Positions 18,497 to 28,395 of a stretch of DNA of 64,000 nucleotides are shown here, piece by piece. The position numbers and the translations under genes were made by a program. Location: positions 17,869-81,868 of the forward strand of contig JAFPYS010000019.1 of NCBI GenBank assembly GCA_017412085.1. Reading direction: 5' to 3'. The notes beneath the pieces were generated by a model. It saw nothing but the letters and a program-made list of their open reading frames with translations. It was not told the origin of the DNA and ran no database searches. The stretch's first letter is position 1, and the number at the start of each line of letters is the position of its first letter. The DNA comes from Alphaproteobacteria bacterium (GTDB lineage Bacteria > Pseudomonadota > Alphaproteobacteria > CAAHEQ01 > UBA3637).

Positions 18497-19245
18497 AAGT
18501 GACGATTTTAGGGTGTGGTCCATCTTATGGTATGCCTTCTTTAACACGTGGATTCGGCCCATCAGATCCGAATGAGCCCAAGAATGTGCGTACTCGATCT
18601 GCGATTTTGATCGAAGATAAGGGGTTGAATGTTTTAATTGATACTGGTCCAGAAATTCGTGAACAGCTGTGGCGGATTGGGGCGCCCAAAATTGATGCAC
18701 TTCTTTACACACACGCGCATTATGATCACATGGGGGGAGCGCAAGATGTTCGTAATGTGGCCAAGGAACGCAATCAGATCATGGATGTATATGGGGCGCA
18801 AAAAGATATGTTAGCATTGCATAAGCAGATGCCTTATGTTTTTGAACCTTCTCATCAACCGACCTTTAAAACTCATTATATAAAGCCATATAAAACATTT
18901 AAGATTGGTCACTTAGATATTACGCCGATTTATCAGCATCATGGGGAAGGTTCATCCATTGGTTATCGCATTGGTGATTTTGCGTATTGTACAGATGTGA
19001 AAGCAATTGACCCAGAGGGTTGGAAAGTGTTAAAGGGGGTGAAAGTGTGGGTTTTGGGATGTGTGACAACCAGAGAAAACCCAAAACATATCCACCTGCC
19101 AGAGGCTTTGAAATGGATTCAAAAATTAAAACCAGAACGTGCCTATTTGACACACATGGGATCCAAGATGGATTATCAAACATTGAAGAAAACATTACCT
19201 AAAGGGGTGTTTGCTTGCTATGATGGGTTGGTCATCAAACTATAA
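18493..19245 (+). CDS. MBL-fold metallo-hydrolase
   Basis: Has the HxHxDH motif (HTHAHYDH). It follows tatD, an arrangement I recall as common in Alphaproteobacteria. Confidence 0.8.
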   Translation: MKVTILGCGPSYGMPSLTRGFGPSDPNEPKNVRTRSAILIEDKGLNVLIDTGPEIREQLWRIGAPKIDALLYTHAHYDHMGGAQDVRNVAKERNQIMDVYGAQKDMLALHKQMPYVFEPSHQPTFKTHYIKPYKTFKIGHLDITPIYQHHGEGSSIGYRIGDFAYCTDVKAIDPEGWKVLKGVKVWVLGCVTTRENPKHIHLPEALKWIQKLKPERAYLTHMGSKMDYQTLKKTLPKGVFACYDGLVIKL

Positions 19246-19256
19246 AATAAAAAAGA

Positions 19257-20552
19257 TCACTCTTCTTCTTTTAACGCAATGATATCTTGCAGTTTTTGAT
19301 AGTAAGGACTTTGTTTGTTGAAGTGTTCAATTAACTTCTTTGCACGTTTTTGGGCCGCAGGCAATTTATTAGAAGCACGCTCATATTCAGCCATGGCATA
19401 ATCAGATTCTAAATCTTTTCCAAGTTTATTGTATGCGGTTGCCATTAATCGCCAACCAAGAGCCAAATCTGGTTCTTCAACGGTGGCTCGTGACAGAATT
19501 GGAAGAGCTTTTTGGGCCAAATTGGTATCATCTTTTTCCAGGTAGGCTTGAGCTAAGGCCAGCTCTATCAGGGGCTGATGAGGCTTAATTTTATTCGCTT
19601 GTTCATAGTTTTTAATCGCTTCATCTATAAAGCCTTTTTCAAATGAAAATTGTCCCTTCATTTCATAAAGATACGGATCGTTTGGTTTTTCCTTAATCAG
19701 TGTGTCCAATAATTGAAAAGATTTGTTTAAGTCATGCATCTGATAAAAGGCAATAGCTTGGGCGTAACGATCGGAGAAAGTGTTGCCTTTATAATGATTT
19801 AAAACATCCTGAGGCTTTTGCATAAAACCGATTAATTTTGCTTTGATACGTTCAAACATGGGATCTTTTTTCACGGGGGGTGCATTTTCGGTAAAGCGTC
19901 CCAAATCGTGTACGCGACTTTGTGTCATGGGGTGAGTGCGTAAATAACCAAGATCTGATTCGTCATTTAAGCGTTCCAAACGTCTCAGATGTTGCATAAT
20001 GTTGACGAAACCTTGCATGGAATAACCCAGTTTTTTCATAACATCAACGGCGATACGGTCTGCTGAACTTTCTTCGGTTTGTCGATATGTCAAAAATTGT
20101 CCCAAAGCAGATCCTTGAGATCCTATCATGATCGCTATTCCAGCATCTGGTCGGCCAGCAGCGACCGCCAAAATCCCGCCCAAAATTGTGGAAATCAGAG
20201 TGGTTGTTTTGGCTTTTTCCATGGCGGTAATGCCACGGGTAATATGGCCGCCAACAATATGGCCTGTTTCATGCGAGAGAACAAACATCACGTCGTCAAT
20301 GCTGGTGGCTTGAGTCAAAAGTCCCGTGTGTACGAAAATTGTCTGTCCACCAACAACGAAGGCATTTATAGACGGATCGTTTACGAGGACGATTTCTGCG
20401 TTTTCGGGGGGCAAATTGACAGCTTTAAAAATTTTCTTTGCCCATCCTGTGACAGTCTCTTCAATTTCTGTGTCCCGAATGATGGACACAGCATGGGCCG
20501 AAAATCCCCAAAAGAATACAAAGCACAGGAATAAAACATGCAAAATTTTCAT
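19257..20552 (-). CDS. M48 family metallopeptidase with TPR repeats (BepA-like)
   Basis: Has the HExxH motif (HETGHIVGGH), a signal peptide from the ATG at 20552 (MKILHVLFLCFVFFWGFSAHA) and C-terminal TPR-like repeats. Confidence 0.8.
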   Translation of the reverse strand: MKILHVLFLCFVFFWGFSAHAVSIIRDTEIEETVTGWAKKIFKAVNLPPENAEIVLVNDPSINAFVVGGQTIFVHTGLLTQATSIDDVMFVLSHETGHIVGGHITRGITAMEKAKTTTLISTILGGILAVAAGRPDAGIAIMIGSQGSALGQFLTYRQTEESSADRIAVDVMKKLGYSMQGFVNIMQHLRRLERLNDESDLGYLRTHPMTQSRVHDLGRFTENAPPVKKDPMFERIKAKLIGFMQKPQDVLNHYKGNTFSDRYAQAIAFYQMHDLNKSFQLLDTLIKEKPNDPYLYEMKGQFSFEKGFIDEAIKNYEQANKIKPHQPLIELALAQAYLEKDDTNLAQKALPILSRATVEEPDLALGWRLMATAYNKLGKDLESDYAMAEYERASNKLPAAQKRAKKLIEHFNKQSPYYQKLQDIIALKEEE

Positions 20553-20614
20553 AAATGAAGAATAGAACAAAAAAATGCGTTCGTCAAGAAAGAATCCTTG
20601 ACAAGTGGAAAATA

Positions 20615-21112
20615 ATGGTATCAAATAGAGTCATGATCAATGAAGATAAAAAGAAAATATTTGTTGGATTCTTGTTTGCCATGCTTTTGGCGATCAGCAT
20701 GATCGTGTTGCATGAGCGTTCTATCACAAAACAATCGCACATTGGATTCACGCTGTATGCGTATTTTAACAAAATAGATGGTGTGGCGAACGGGGTAGAA
20801 GTTCGTTTGGGGGGATTAAAAGTAGGACGTGTTGTCAGCCAAACATTTGCGAAAGACTATCAAATTAAAGTTGAGATGGCTTTAAATAAAGATTATCAGT
20901 TACCTGTGGATTCGTCTGTTCAAATTGAAACAGACGGCTTAATGGGACCAAAGCATATCGAAATTGTACCGGGAGCGGATGATGAATTGCTGCGCGATGG
21001 AGATGCGTTTGGATATACTCAGGATGTGATGATTTTAAATGATTTGCTTGAAAAAGTGGTGGCGTATATGCGCGATAAAAAAGGAGTGACAGATGAAGAA
21101 GAATCCAATTGA
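20615..21112 (+). CDS. MlaD/MCE domain protein (paralogue 1)
   Basis: N-terminal TM plus a single MCE domain (GVEVRLGGLKVGRV...DGLMGPKHIEIVPG). The start is uncertain (ATG 20615 or 20633). Confidence 0.7.
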   Translation: MVSNRVMINEDKKKIFVGFLFAMLLAISMIVLHERSITKQSHIGFTLYAYFNKIDGVANGVEVRLGGLKVGRVVSQTFAKDYQIKVEMALNKDYQLPVDSSVQIETDGLMGPKHIEIVPGADDELLRDGDAFGYTQDVMILNDLLEKVVAYMRDKKGVTDEEESN

Positions 21113-21536
21113 AACAATTTTAGGCTTTTTGGTGTTAATTTTAGCTTGTTTGTTTTTGTTTTTTGCCTGTTCCCGTATCGATACAAAAGATATATCAGGT
21201 TATACAGTGATTGCTAATTTTGCAAAAGTCGGCGGATTGGGTGCCGGTGCTGATGTCCGTATTGCTGGTTTAAAGGTTGGTTCTGTTTTAAAAACAGAAT
21301 TAGACCAGGAAGATTATACGGTTAACGTTTATTTAAGCATTGATTCCAATGTGAAATTACCAATTGACACAGTTGCGGCTATTGCGGACTCTGGTATCAT
21401 GGGCGATAAATATATCCGTTTGGAACCGGGCAAGGCTCAGGCAGTGTTAAATGAGAACGACAAGATGGCACAAACAAAAAGTTATAAGTCCTTAGAAGAC
21501 AGTGTGTCTGAGTTTATCTTTTTATCAACAAAGTAG
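21093..21536 (+). CDS. mlaD: Outer membrane lipid asymmetry protein MlaD
   Basis: N-terminal TM plus an MCE domain (GADVRIAGLKVGSV...SGIMGDKYIRLEPG). The C-terminus FIFLS is typical of alphaproteobacterial MlaD. It overlaps paralogue 1 by 20 nt. Confidence 0.8.
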   Translation: MKKNPIETILGFLVLILACLFLFFACSRIDTKDISGYTVIANFAKVGGLGAGADVRIAGLKVGSVLKTELDQEDYTVNVYLSIDSNVKLPIDTVAAIADSGIMGDKYIRLEPGKAQAVLNENDKMAQTKSYKSLEDSVSEFIFLSTK

Positions 21537-21542
21537 GGGAAA

Positions 21543-21974
21543 ATGAAAAGAATTTTATTGGCATTTTTGTGTGGCATTAGTTGCAGCCTTCATGCTGCTG
21601 ATTTTCCGACAGAAGCTGTGTTGTTACAAGCTTTAGATAAGACAACAGGGCGGACAAGTTTTTTAACTGTTAAAGTTGGAGAGCCTTATGAATATGGGGA
21701 TTTAATCGTCAAGGTTGAAAAGTGTATGAAACGTCCCCAGGAAGAAACACCGGAAAATTCCGTGTTTATTAATGTGTCGGAAAAAACAGGCAATGAAATT
21801 TTTAATGGATGGATGTTTTCTTCAAATCCTGCGTTGTCTGCTATGGAGCATCCCGTTTACGATATATGGGTTATTGAGTGCAAGAATAAAAATGCTGCGC
21901 CCATACAACCGATTGTGTCTGCTGTTGAGTTGGGTGAAACAGAGGAAGTGAATACGGACGAATTAGAAGACTAG
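21543..21974 (+). CDS. DUF2155 domain protein
   Basis: Has a signal peptide and the block LQALDKTTGRTSFLTVKVGEPYEYGDLIVKVEKCMKRP...PENSVFI, typical of DUF2155. This family is commonly next to mlaD in Alphaproteobacteria. Confidence 0.72.
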   Translation: MKRILLAFLCGISCSLHAADFPTEAVLLQALDKTTGRTSFLTVKVGEPYEYGDLIVKVEKCMKRPQEETPENSVFINVSEKTGNEIFNGWMFSSNPALSAMEHPVYDIWVIECKNKNAAPIQPIVSAVELGETEEVNTDELED

Positions 21975-22963
21975 ACGTGTTCCTTTAAACAAAAATTCCT
22001 GATGTTTTGAAACGTTGTCTGTAAAATTCTTTGTAATGCATCTGTTGTATTAAAGGCAATATGTGGTGTTGCAATGACATGGGGGTGTTGTAACAGCTTT
22101 AAATTCATGGCAGAATCTAATAAAATTTGGGTTTCATTGTTGTGTTTGTGTAACAAAAGATCGTCATGTAACAAGATGTCCTCGTTTTCTAAAACATCCA
22201 ACCCAGCAGCGGCGACAACACCGGATTTTACGGCTTGATAAAGGGCTTGAGTATCGATTAAATCGCCCCGCGCCGTGTTAATAATATAAACGCCTTTTTT
22301 CATTTTTTTAAAAGCTTGTTGATTTAATAAATGATAATTTTCGGGGGTTGATGGAATGTGCAATGAAATAATATCGCTCTGTTTTAAAAGGCTCTCAAAG
22401 GAAACATAATAATCTTGTAATTCCTTTGTCGGATACAGATCATAAGCCAAGACTTTCATGCCAAAGCCGTTTGCCAAACGAATCATGTGGCGCCCAATGG
22501 AGCCGGTGCCAATAATGCCAATTGTTTTCCCATATAAATCAAATCCGGTGTACTCAGACGTATGAATTCGATTTCTGGCCATATCTTGTTGGGCGTTAAT
22601 AATGTGGCGCGAAATATTAAGCAGAAGTCCAAAAGCAAATTCGGCGACAGTTTGGGCCCCGTAATAAGGGACATTAACTATCTGGATGCGACGCTTATGG
22701 CAGTATTGCTGATCAATGTGGTTAATGCCCGTGCTTCGTGTTGCAATTAGCTTTAGATTAGGAAAGAGATCTAATTTTTTGGGATCTAAGATCTCTGAGT
22801 GCGTAAAAACGGAAATAACAGCTGCATCTGAATAAGATTGAAGGTTTTTGTGTGAAGTTTGATTTAAGCTATTTTTTTCAAAAACAAACGTTGTGTTTTT
22901 GATTGGATGTTGTTTGGCAAAGCTTTTTAAATCCGAATCCGTATCAAAAAATATAACCTTCAT
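21971..22963 (-). CDS. D-isomer-specific 2-hydroxyacid dehydrogenase (D-lactate dehydrogenase-like)
   Basis: Has an NAD-binding GxGxxG (GIIGTGSIGRH) and the catalytic Arg/Glu/His context (NTARGDLID, LDVLENE, TPHIAF). The start is at the ATG at 22963 (MKVIFFD). Confidence 0.85.
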   Translation of the reverse strand: MKVIFFDTDSDLKSFAKQHPIKNTTFVFEKNSLNQTSHKNLQSYSDAAVISVFTHSEILDPKKLDLFPNLKLIATRSTGINHIDQQYCHKRRIQIVNVPYYGAQTVAEFAFGLLLNISRHIINAQQDMARNRIHTSEYTGFDLYGKTIGIIGTGSIGRHMIRLANGFGMKVLAYDLYPTKELQDYYVSFESLLKQSDIISLHIPSTPENYHLLNQQAFKKMKKGVYIINTARGDLIDTQALYQAVKSGVVAAAGLDVLENEDILLHDDLLLHKHNNETQILLDSAMNLKLLQHPHVIATPHIAFNTTDALQRILQTTFQNIRNFCLKEHV

Positions 22964-23014
22964 CTTCTTTCTCCCGATGAAAGAGATGGGATAGATGAGG
23001 GGTAAAAACAAGAG

Positions 23015-23860
23015 TTATTTCATTAATAAATCTAAAAAGTGGATAATTTTTTCACGCGTTTTATCACGAGGGACAACTTGATCAATCATACCATGTTCCA
23101 GCAAATATTCTGATTTTTGGAAGTTTTCTGGTAATTTTTCATGAATTGTTTGCTCAATGACACGAGCGCCAGCAAAACCAATGGTGGCGCCAGGTTCGGC
23201 CAAGGTAATGTCAGCCAACATGGCAAAAGAGGCTGTAACACCGCCCGTGGTTGGGTTTGTTAAAAGAACGATGTAAGGAAGGCGCTGTTGCTTTAATTTT
23301 TTAACAGCTAATACTGTTCGTGCCATCTGCATCAAAGACAAGATGCCCTCTTGCATACGTGCGCCGCCAGAAGCTGGGATAAGCAAAAGAGCAGCTTGTT
23401 TGTTTAAGGCAAGATCTGCCGCTTTAATGATTGCTTGACCAACGGTGGTATTCATTGATCCTCCCATAAAGTCGAAATCGAAAACACCGATAACAACGGG
23501 ATGTCCCCCCATTAGGCCAGAGGCAAGAACAACGGCCTCGTCATGATTTGTCTTTTTGCGAGCTTCTTTCAGGCGATCAGTGTATTTCTTAATATCTTTG
23601 AAGTGAAGAGGATCTTCTTTTGTTTGTGGAAGTTTGATTGGCGTAAATTTTGCCTCATCAAACAAAAGTTCTAATCGCTTCATCGGAGATAAGCGAAAAT
23701 GGTACTGGCACGACGGGCAAACAAAATCGTGCTTTTGGACCTCAGAATGATATAACATATTGCCGCAGCCAGGACATTTGTCCCAGTAATTATCTGGAAT
23801 ATCCTTTACAATGTTGACCTTTTTAACAATAGGCCGGTTGCGGTTGTTAATCCAATTCAT
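23015..23860 (-). CDS. accD: Acetyl-CoA carboxylase carboxyltransferase subunit beta
   Basis: Has the N-terminal Zn ribbon CPGCGN...CPSC and a carboxyltransferase domain (GGSMN, GGARMQEG). Confidence 0.93.
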   Translation of the reverse strand: MNWINNRNRPIVKKVNIVKDIPDNYWDKCPGCGNMLYHSEVQKHDFVCPSCQYHFRLSPMKRLELLFDEAKFTPIKLPQTKEDPLHFKDIKKYTDRLKEARKKTNHDEAVVLASGLMGGHPVVIGVFDFDFMGGSMNTTVGQAIIKAADLALNKQAALLLIPASGGARMQEGILSLMQMARTVLAVKKLKQQRLPYIVLLTNPTTGGVTASFAMLADITLAEPGATIGFAGARVIEQTIHEKLPENFQKSEYLLEHGMIDQVVPRDKTREKIIHFLDLLMK

Positions 23861-23872
23861 AGGGAACCTTTG

Positions 23873-24148
23873 TTATTTGTTAAGTGCTTGTTTTACAGCC
23901 TTACCAGCTTTAAAGAAGGGCACTTTCTTTTGGGATACTTGAACAGAGGCGCCAGTTTTAGGATTGCGTCCCGTACGGGCCTTACGTGTTCTGACGGACA
24001 AAACACCAAATTCACGTAATTCAACGCGATTGCCCTCAACAAGGGCTTCTGTAATGGTGTCAAAAATAGTGTTCACAATGCGTTTTGCAACAGTTTTGGA
24101 AACGTTTTCCGTTTCGGCAATTTTATCAATCAATTCAGATTTAATCAT
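23873..24148 (-). CDS. ihfB: Integration host factor beta-like (HU/IHF family) DNA-binding protein
   Basis: 91 aa with N-terminus MIKSELI and the arm motif RKARTGRNPKTG...VPFFKAGK. Assignment to IHF-beta rather than HU is tentative. Confidence 0.8.
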   Translation of the reverse strand: MIKSELIDKIAETENVSKTVAKRIVNTIFDTITEALVEGNRVELREFGVLSVRTRKARTGRNPKTGASVQVSQKKVPFFKAGKAVKQALNK

Positions 24149-24181
24149 CTTGTCATCCTTTCATCTATAACGTTTATATTT

Positions 24182-25105
24182 TTACTTCTTTTTTTTAGAA
24201 AAGTCAAGTGGTGATTGATTTTTCTGTTTGTTCATCTCTTCGGCGCCCGAAACAATATCGATCAGCTCATCAGTAATTTGTGCTTGTCTGAGTTGTTGAT
24301 ACTGGAGATGAAATTCATCCAAAGAATCTTCAATGTTTTGTTCCGCTTCTTGCATATGAATCATGCGGGTATAGTGTTCACTTGCCAAACTAGAAACTAG
24401 ATCGTGTAGTACCATAACGGTCAGATACTCGTGCAAAAGAGCGCGAAACAATTGATCTTTATCAACGCTAATCATTGGAAGAGAGCGCCCATCCCATTTG
24501 GTGCGTTGCAATTGGTCCATATTTTCTTCTGGAAAGGGAATTAATTGCCGTGCCCGAGCGACAAAAGCGGCATTTCCTTGTTTGTGATTTGAAAATAAAT
24601 ATACAAAATCGATTTTATGAGCTGAGGCAATCTTGTTTATTTTGTTTAAAAGTTGTGCTGATATGGGCGCCAATTCTTTAAGTGAGTTTGAAATAGGATA
24701 GGTCGCCTCCAAAATATATTTAGGCTTGGATGAAGCCAGCAATCCGATGCGTTTGCCAACGGCGATAATATGTGGTTTGGAATCCGGAAACTGGTTTTGT
24801 AAATATTTTTCTGTAAATTTCATTAAATCCCGATTAAAGCGTCCAACCAACCCATTGTCTGAACCAATAATAATACCCAGGACATCTGACGCTTTGCTTG
24901 AAGATTTTGGGAGATCATAGTGAAAAGAATCTTGAGCAAATAATCCATGGAAAGCATCGCGGATTGTTTGCCCGTATTGCCTGAGGGATTGAAGCGCTTT
25001 TTCGTACTGACCAACGCTGACGGAGGACAGCATTTTCATGGTGCTGACAATCTCACCAAGATCCGAAGTCGTTTTTATTCGACGATTAAGCGCTTCTAAG
25101 CTCAT
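24182..25105 (-). CDS. atpG: N-type (alternate) F1 ATPase gamma subunit
   Basis: 307 aa with gamma-like N- and C-terminal helices (ITDELIDIVSGAE). It is the last gene of the atpDCQRBEFAG-ordered operon. Confidence 0.82.
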   Translation of the reverse strand: MSLEALNRRIKTTSDLGEIVSTMKMLSSVSVGQYEKALQSLRQYGQTIRDAFHGLFAQDSFHYDLPKSSSKASDVLGIIIGSDNGLVGRFNRDLMKFTEKYLQNQFPDSKPHIIAVGKRIGLLASSKPKYILEATYPISNSLKELAPISAQLLNKINKIASAHKIDFVYLFSNHKQGNAAFVARARQLIPFPEENMDQLQRTKWDGRSLPMISVDKDQLFRALLHEYLTVMVLHDLVSSLASEHYTRMIHMQEAEQNIEDSLDEFHLQYQQLRQAQITDELIDIVSGAEEMNKQKNQSPLDFSKKKK

Positions 25106-26617
25106 TTATAATCCTTTTTTATCAAGGGCCGAACGAAAGGCATCCAATAATTTGTTTTGAGTAGATGGATCTAGTTTCTCTCGCTTTAAAACAATTCGAT
25201 CAACAATGGATGAGAAACGTTGATGAAGTGTTTTATGAATAATATCTTGTGCCTGCAAGATTTGTTTGTCATTCATTGTATCAAAAATGCCATTGTTCAC
25301 AGATAAGAAGACTGCGATTTGGGTTGCCACATCCATGGGGTGAAATTGAACCTGTTGTAAAACCAAACGAATTGCATGACCACGATTTAACTTCTGCTGT
25401 GTTTCAGCATCCAGTTGAACGCCAAATTTTGAGAAGGATTCCAATTCTTCAAATTGTGAGTAAAAAAGCTTAAGTGGCCCCAATAATTGCCGATAAGCAG
25501 GTAATTGGGCTTCACCCCCAACGCGGGAGACAGAACGACCTGTATCAATTGCGGGCATGATGCCCTTTTGGAACAAGGACGTTGATAAATAAATCTGACC
25601 ATCTGTAATAGAAATTACATTGGTTGGAATATACGCGGAAATATTGCCCGCTTCCGTTGAAACAATTGGAAGAGAAGTTAATGAACCACCGCCCAATTTG
25701 TTAATTAAATGTGTGGAGCGTTCAAGTAATCTTGAATGAATATAGAAAATATCTCCAGGATAGGCTTCACGTCCAGGGGGTGTTCTTAAAAGTAAAGACA
25801 TCTGACGATAGGCGCGCGCATGGGCAGTTAGATCATCATAAACAATCAGAACATCCTTGCCTTTCATCATAAACCATTCGGCAATAGATGTGGCAGAATA
25901 GGGTGCAATAAATTGTAAACCGGCTTCTTCTTCACCGTTGGCAACAACAATAACGGAATGGTCCATCATGCCGCCGTTTTTTAATTGATCAATAACACGT
26001 GCGGTATCGGCACTGCGTTGCCCAATGGCGCAATAAATACAAATAACACCTGTTTCTTTTTGATTTAGGATGGTATCGACAGCAATGGCCGTTTTACCCG
26101 TTTGACGATCTCCCAGGATTAACTCACGTTGTCCCCGTCCAATCGGGGTAAAGGAATCGATAGCCTTAATTCCTGTTTGAAGAGGGGTATCCACTGGGGC
26201 GCGATCCATGATAGAATGTGCTGGTCGTTCAATCGGCCAATTTTCTTTTGTGTGTATCTTGCCCTGTTCATCCAACGGTTGACCCAAAGGATTTATGACA
26301 CGCCCCAACAATTCCGGGCCGACAGGAACTTCCAAAATGCGTCCAGTTTGCTCTGCCCGGTCTCCCGCCGTTAAAGAATCCGCATTTGTTAAAAACACAA
26401 CACCAGCTGATTTGTCTTCCAAGTTATGAACCATGCCAATCACACCATTCTTAAATGTCAAAAGCTCATTAATTTTTGCATTAGATAGCCCAGATACTTG
26501 TGCTGTTCCTGCGGAAATAGATATAACTTCATTTGCCTCTTTCACGTGCAATTTGGGGGCTGTTTTTTTGATGGCAGCTTGAATGCTTCGATCTATTTTT
26601 AAAGCTTTTTGTTTCAT
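25106..26617 (-). CDS. atpA: N-type (alternate) F1 ATPase alpha subunit
   Basis: Has Walker A GDRQTGKT and alpha-subunit blocks (YDDLTAHA, PGREAYPGDIFY). Its start overlaps the b stop (ATGA). Confidence 0.93.
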   Translation of the reverse strand: MKQKALKIDRSIQAAIKKTAPKLHVKEANEVISISAGTAQVSGLSNAKINELLTFKNGVIGMVHNLEDKSAGVVFLTNADSLTAGDRAEQTGRILEVPVGPELLGRVINPLGQPLDEQGKIHTKENWPIERPAHSIMDRAPVDTPLQTGIKAIDSFTPIGRGQRELILGDRQTGKTAIAVDTILNQKETGVICIYCAIGQRSADTARVIDQLKNGGMMDHSVIVVANGEEEAGLQFIAPYSATSIAEWFMMKGKDVLIVYDDLTAHARAYRQMSLLLRTPPGREAYPGDIFYIHSRLLERSTHLINKLGGGSLTSLPIVSTEAGNISAYIPTNVISITDGQIYLSTSLFQKGIMPAIDTGRSVSRVGGEAQLPAYRQLLGPLKLFYSQFEELESFSKFGVQLDAETQQKLNRGHAIRLVLQQVQFHPMDVATQIAVFLSVNNGIFDTMNDKQILQAQDIIHKTLHQRFSSIVDRIVLKREKLDPSTQNKLLDAFRSALDKKGL

Positions 26618-27405
26618 TTACGTGCCTTTCGTTGAACGGGGACAATTAAATTTTCGATATTTTGTTTTAAACGTTGGTTGATTTCCTCCAAATAACCATT
26701 CAAATTCCATTCTAGTACGAAAGTACCAACGCGCATTTCGATTCCCAACACTAAATCTTGACGCTTTTTGAATTGAAAGCGCATTTTGGGAGGAAGTGTA
26801 AGATTTTTGCTCACAATATTTTGGATATAAACTTGTTGTTTCGTCGTTAATTTTTCTGATGTGATAATCTGAATTAACTTTTCTTGTTTAATAAGCTTTT
26901 CCAGAACATTTTTCTTTTGTTTTGAAAGAGCGTGAATCTTTTTGTGAAACAAAGATAGGATTTGATCCATAGGTGTTTGTTGGGTCCATTCGGATAAAAT
27001 TTTCCGAGACAACGTCATAAATTCAGTTGCAAGCATTTCTTGAATGCTTACCTGTGATGTTTCCCATGAACGATTTAAATCTTCCTGCAAATTTTCGCGC
27101 TTAATCCTGTAATTTAATTCCAATTCTTTCATCATTTTAGCTTTTTGTTGATGAATATCGCGTTCCATTTCATCTAATCGTTTTTGATATAATTTATCAA
27201 AATCCTTTTGTTGTTGTTTTAGATGTGCTTCCTGTTCTTCCGAGGATTTTAGTTTGTCCTCAGCTTCTTGTATGGTGTCGGCGACTTCTTTCCTGCGCTT
27301 ATCTATAATACTTAGAACTGGCCGGTACAAGAAATGTTGTAACAACCATATTAATAAGAACAGGTTAACAATTTGCGCGATAAATGTGATAAGATTAAAT
27401 CCCAT
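26614..27405 (-). CDS. atpF: N-type ATPase Fo subunit b with delta-like C-terminus (b-delta fusion)
   Basis: 263 aa with an N-terminal TM and a long charged coiled coil. The C-terminal block LVLGIEMRVGTFVLEWNLNGYLEEI resembles the OSCP/delta C-terminus. The operon has no separate delta gene. Confidence 0.78.
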   Translation of the reverse strand: MGFNLITFIAQIVNLFLLIWLLQHFLYRPVLSIIDKRRKEVADTIQEAEDKLKSSEEQEAHLKQQQKDFDKLYQKRLDEMERDIHQQKAKMMKELELNYRIKRENLQEDLNRSWETSQVSIQEMLATEFMTLSRKILSEWTQQTPMDQILSLFHKKIHALSKQKKNVLEKLIKQEKLIQIITSEKLTTKQQVYIQNIVSKNLTLPPKMRFQFKKRQDLVLGIEMRVGTFVLEWNLNGYLEEINQRLKQNIENLIVPVQRKARK

Positions 27406-27415
27406 TTAGCCTCAC

Positions 27416-27694
27416 TTATTTTGTTGCCATTTCAACCGCAAAATTCCAAAATGGATTAAAGTATAAAATCAAAACTGTAATCACGAAAGCGTAAATTGCA
27501 GTTGATTCCACCATTGCCATTGCCACAAATAAAGTACGTGTGATGTTGGAAGATTCATCCGGTTGTTGAGCCATTGAGCGCAAAGCATTGGCCGCAATAT
27601 TTGCCTCTCCAATAGCTGGGCCAACGCCTCCAATAGCAACACATAATGCTGCTGATAAGACAGATATCATTCCAATCCATGTAATTGAATCCAT
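27416..27694 (-). CDS. atpE: N-type ATPase Fo subunit c
   Basis: 92 aa helical hairpin with the loop QQPD. Helix 1 is GPAIGEA and helix 2 is MVESTAIY. Confidence 0.9.
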   Translation of the reverse strand: MDSITWIGMISVLSAALCVAIGGVGPAIGEANIAANALRSMAQQPDESSNITRTLFVAMAMVESTAIYAFVITVLILYFNPFWNFAVEMATK

Positions 27695-27696
27695 AG

Positions 27697-28395
27697 TTAT
27701 TCTCCTTTTGTATCGTTATTGTTAATCAAAACTTCTTCGGGGGCTACCGCCGATACATATACGATAGCAAGAAGTGCAAAAATGTAAGCCTGGATGGTTC
27801 CCGTTAACAGTCCTAATAATTGTAGAGGAATGGGGACTACAAATGGTGCCAGCATTAATAAAACGCTGACAATCACAATACCGCTCAGCATGTTCCCATA
27901 CAGACGAAAAGCCAAGGCAAAGGTGGAAGAAAAATCAGAAATAATATTCATTGGTAACATAATTGGTGTTGGATCGATAAATTTTTTAAAATATTTCCTT
28001 AGACCAGCATTTTTGGTGCCATAGTAAGGGATGGCAAAGAAAACGACCGAAGCAAAAGCTACCGTCGTAGATAAACTGGCGGTTGGTGGATCAAATCCTG
28101 GAATCAGGGCCAGGAAGTTGGCCGTTGCAATAAATAAAAAGAAGGTGCCAATAAGGGAGATGTATTTGTTTGGGCGATCGTTACTGACAGCGTGAATCTG
28201 TCCACACAGGGTGCTCACAAGCATCTCCATAACCATTTGTAAACGTCCAATATTTTTGCCGCTAGTAAGTGTGCGTGTTGTGATGATGGATAAAACCAAA
28301 AGGACCAACATAGTGATCCATGTGTAAAACAATGTGGCATTAACTGGAAGGCCAAATAAATAGAACAAAATCTGAGTGTCCAAATTTTGAATCAT
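27697..28395 (-). CDS. atpB: N-type ATPase Fo subunit a
   Basis: 232 aa polytopic protein with the conserved stator Arg context LAFRLYGNMLSG. Confidence 0.9.
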   Translation of the reverse strand: MIQNLDTQILFYLFGLPVNATLFYTWITMLVLLVLSIITTRTLTSGKNIGRLQMVMEMLVSTLCGQIHAVSNDRPNKYISLIGTFFLFIATANFLALIPGFDPPTASLSTTVAFASVVFFAIPYYGTKNAGLRKYFKKFIDPTPIMLPMNIISDFSSTFALAFRLYGNMLSGIVIVSVLLMLAPFVVPIPLQLLGLLTGTIQAYIFALLAIVYVSAVAPEEVLINNNDTKGE

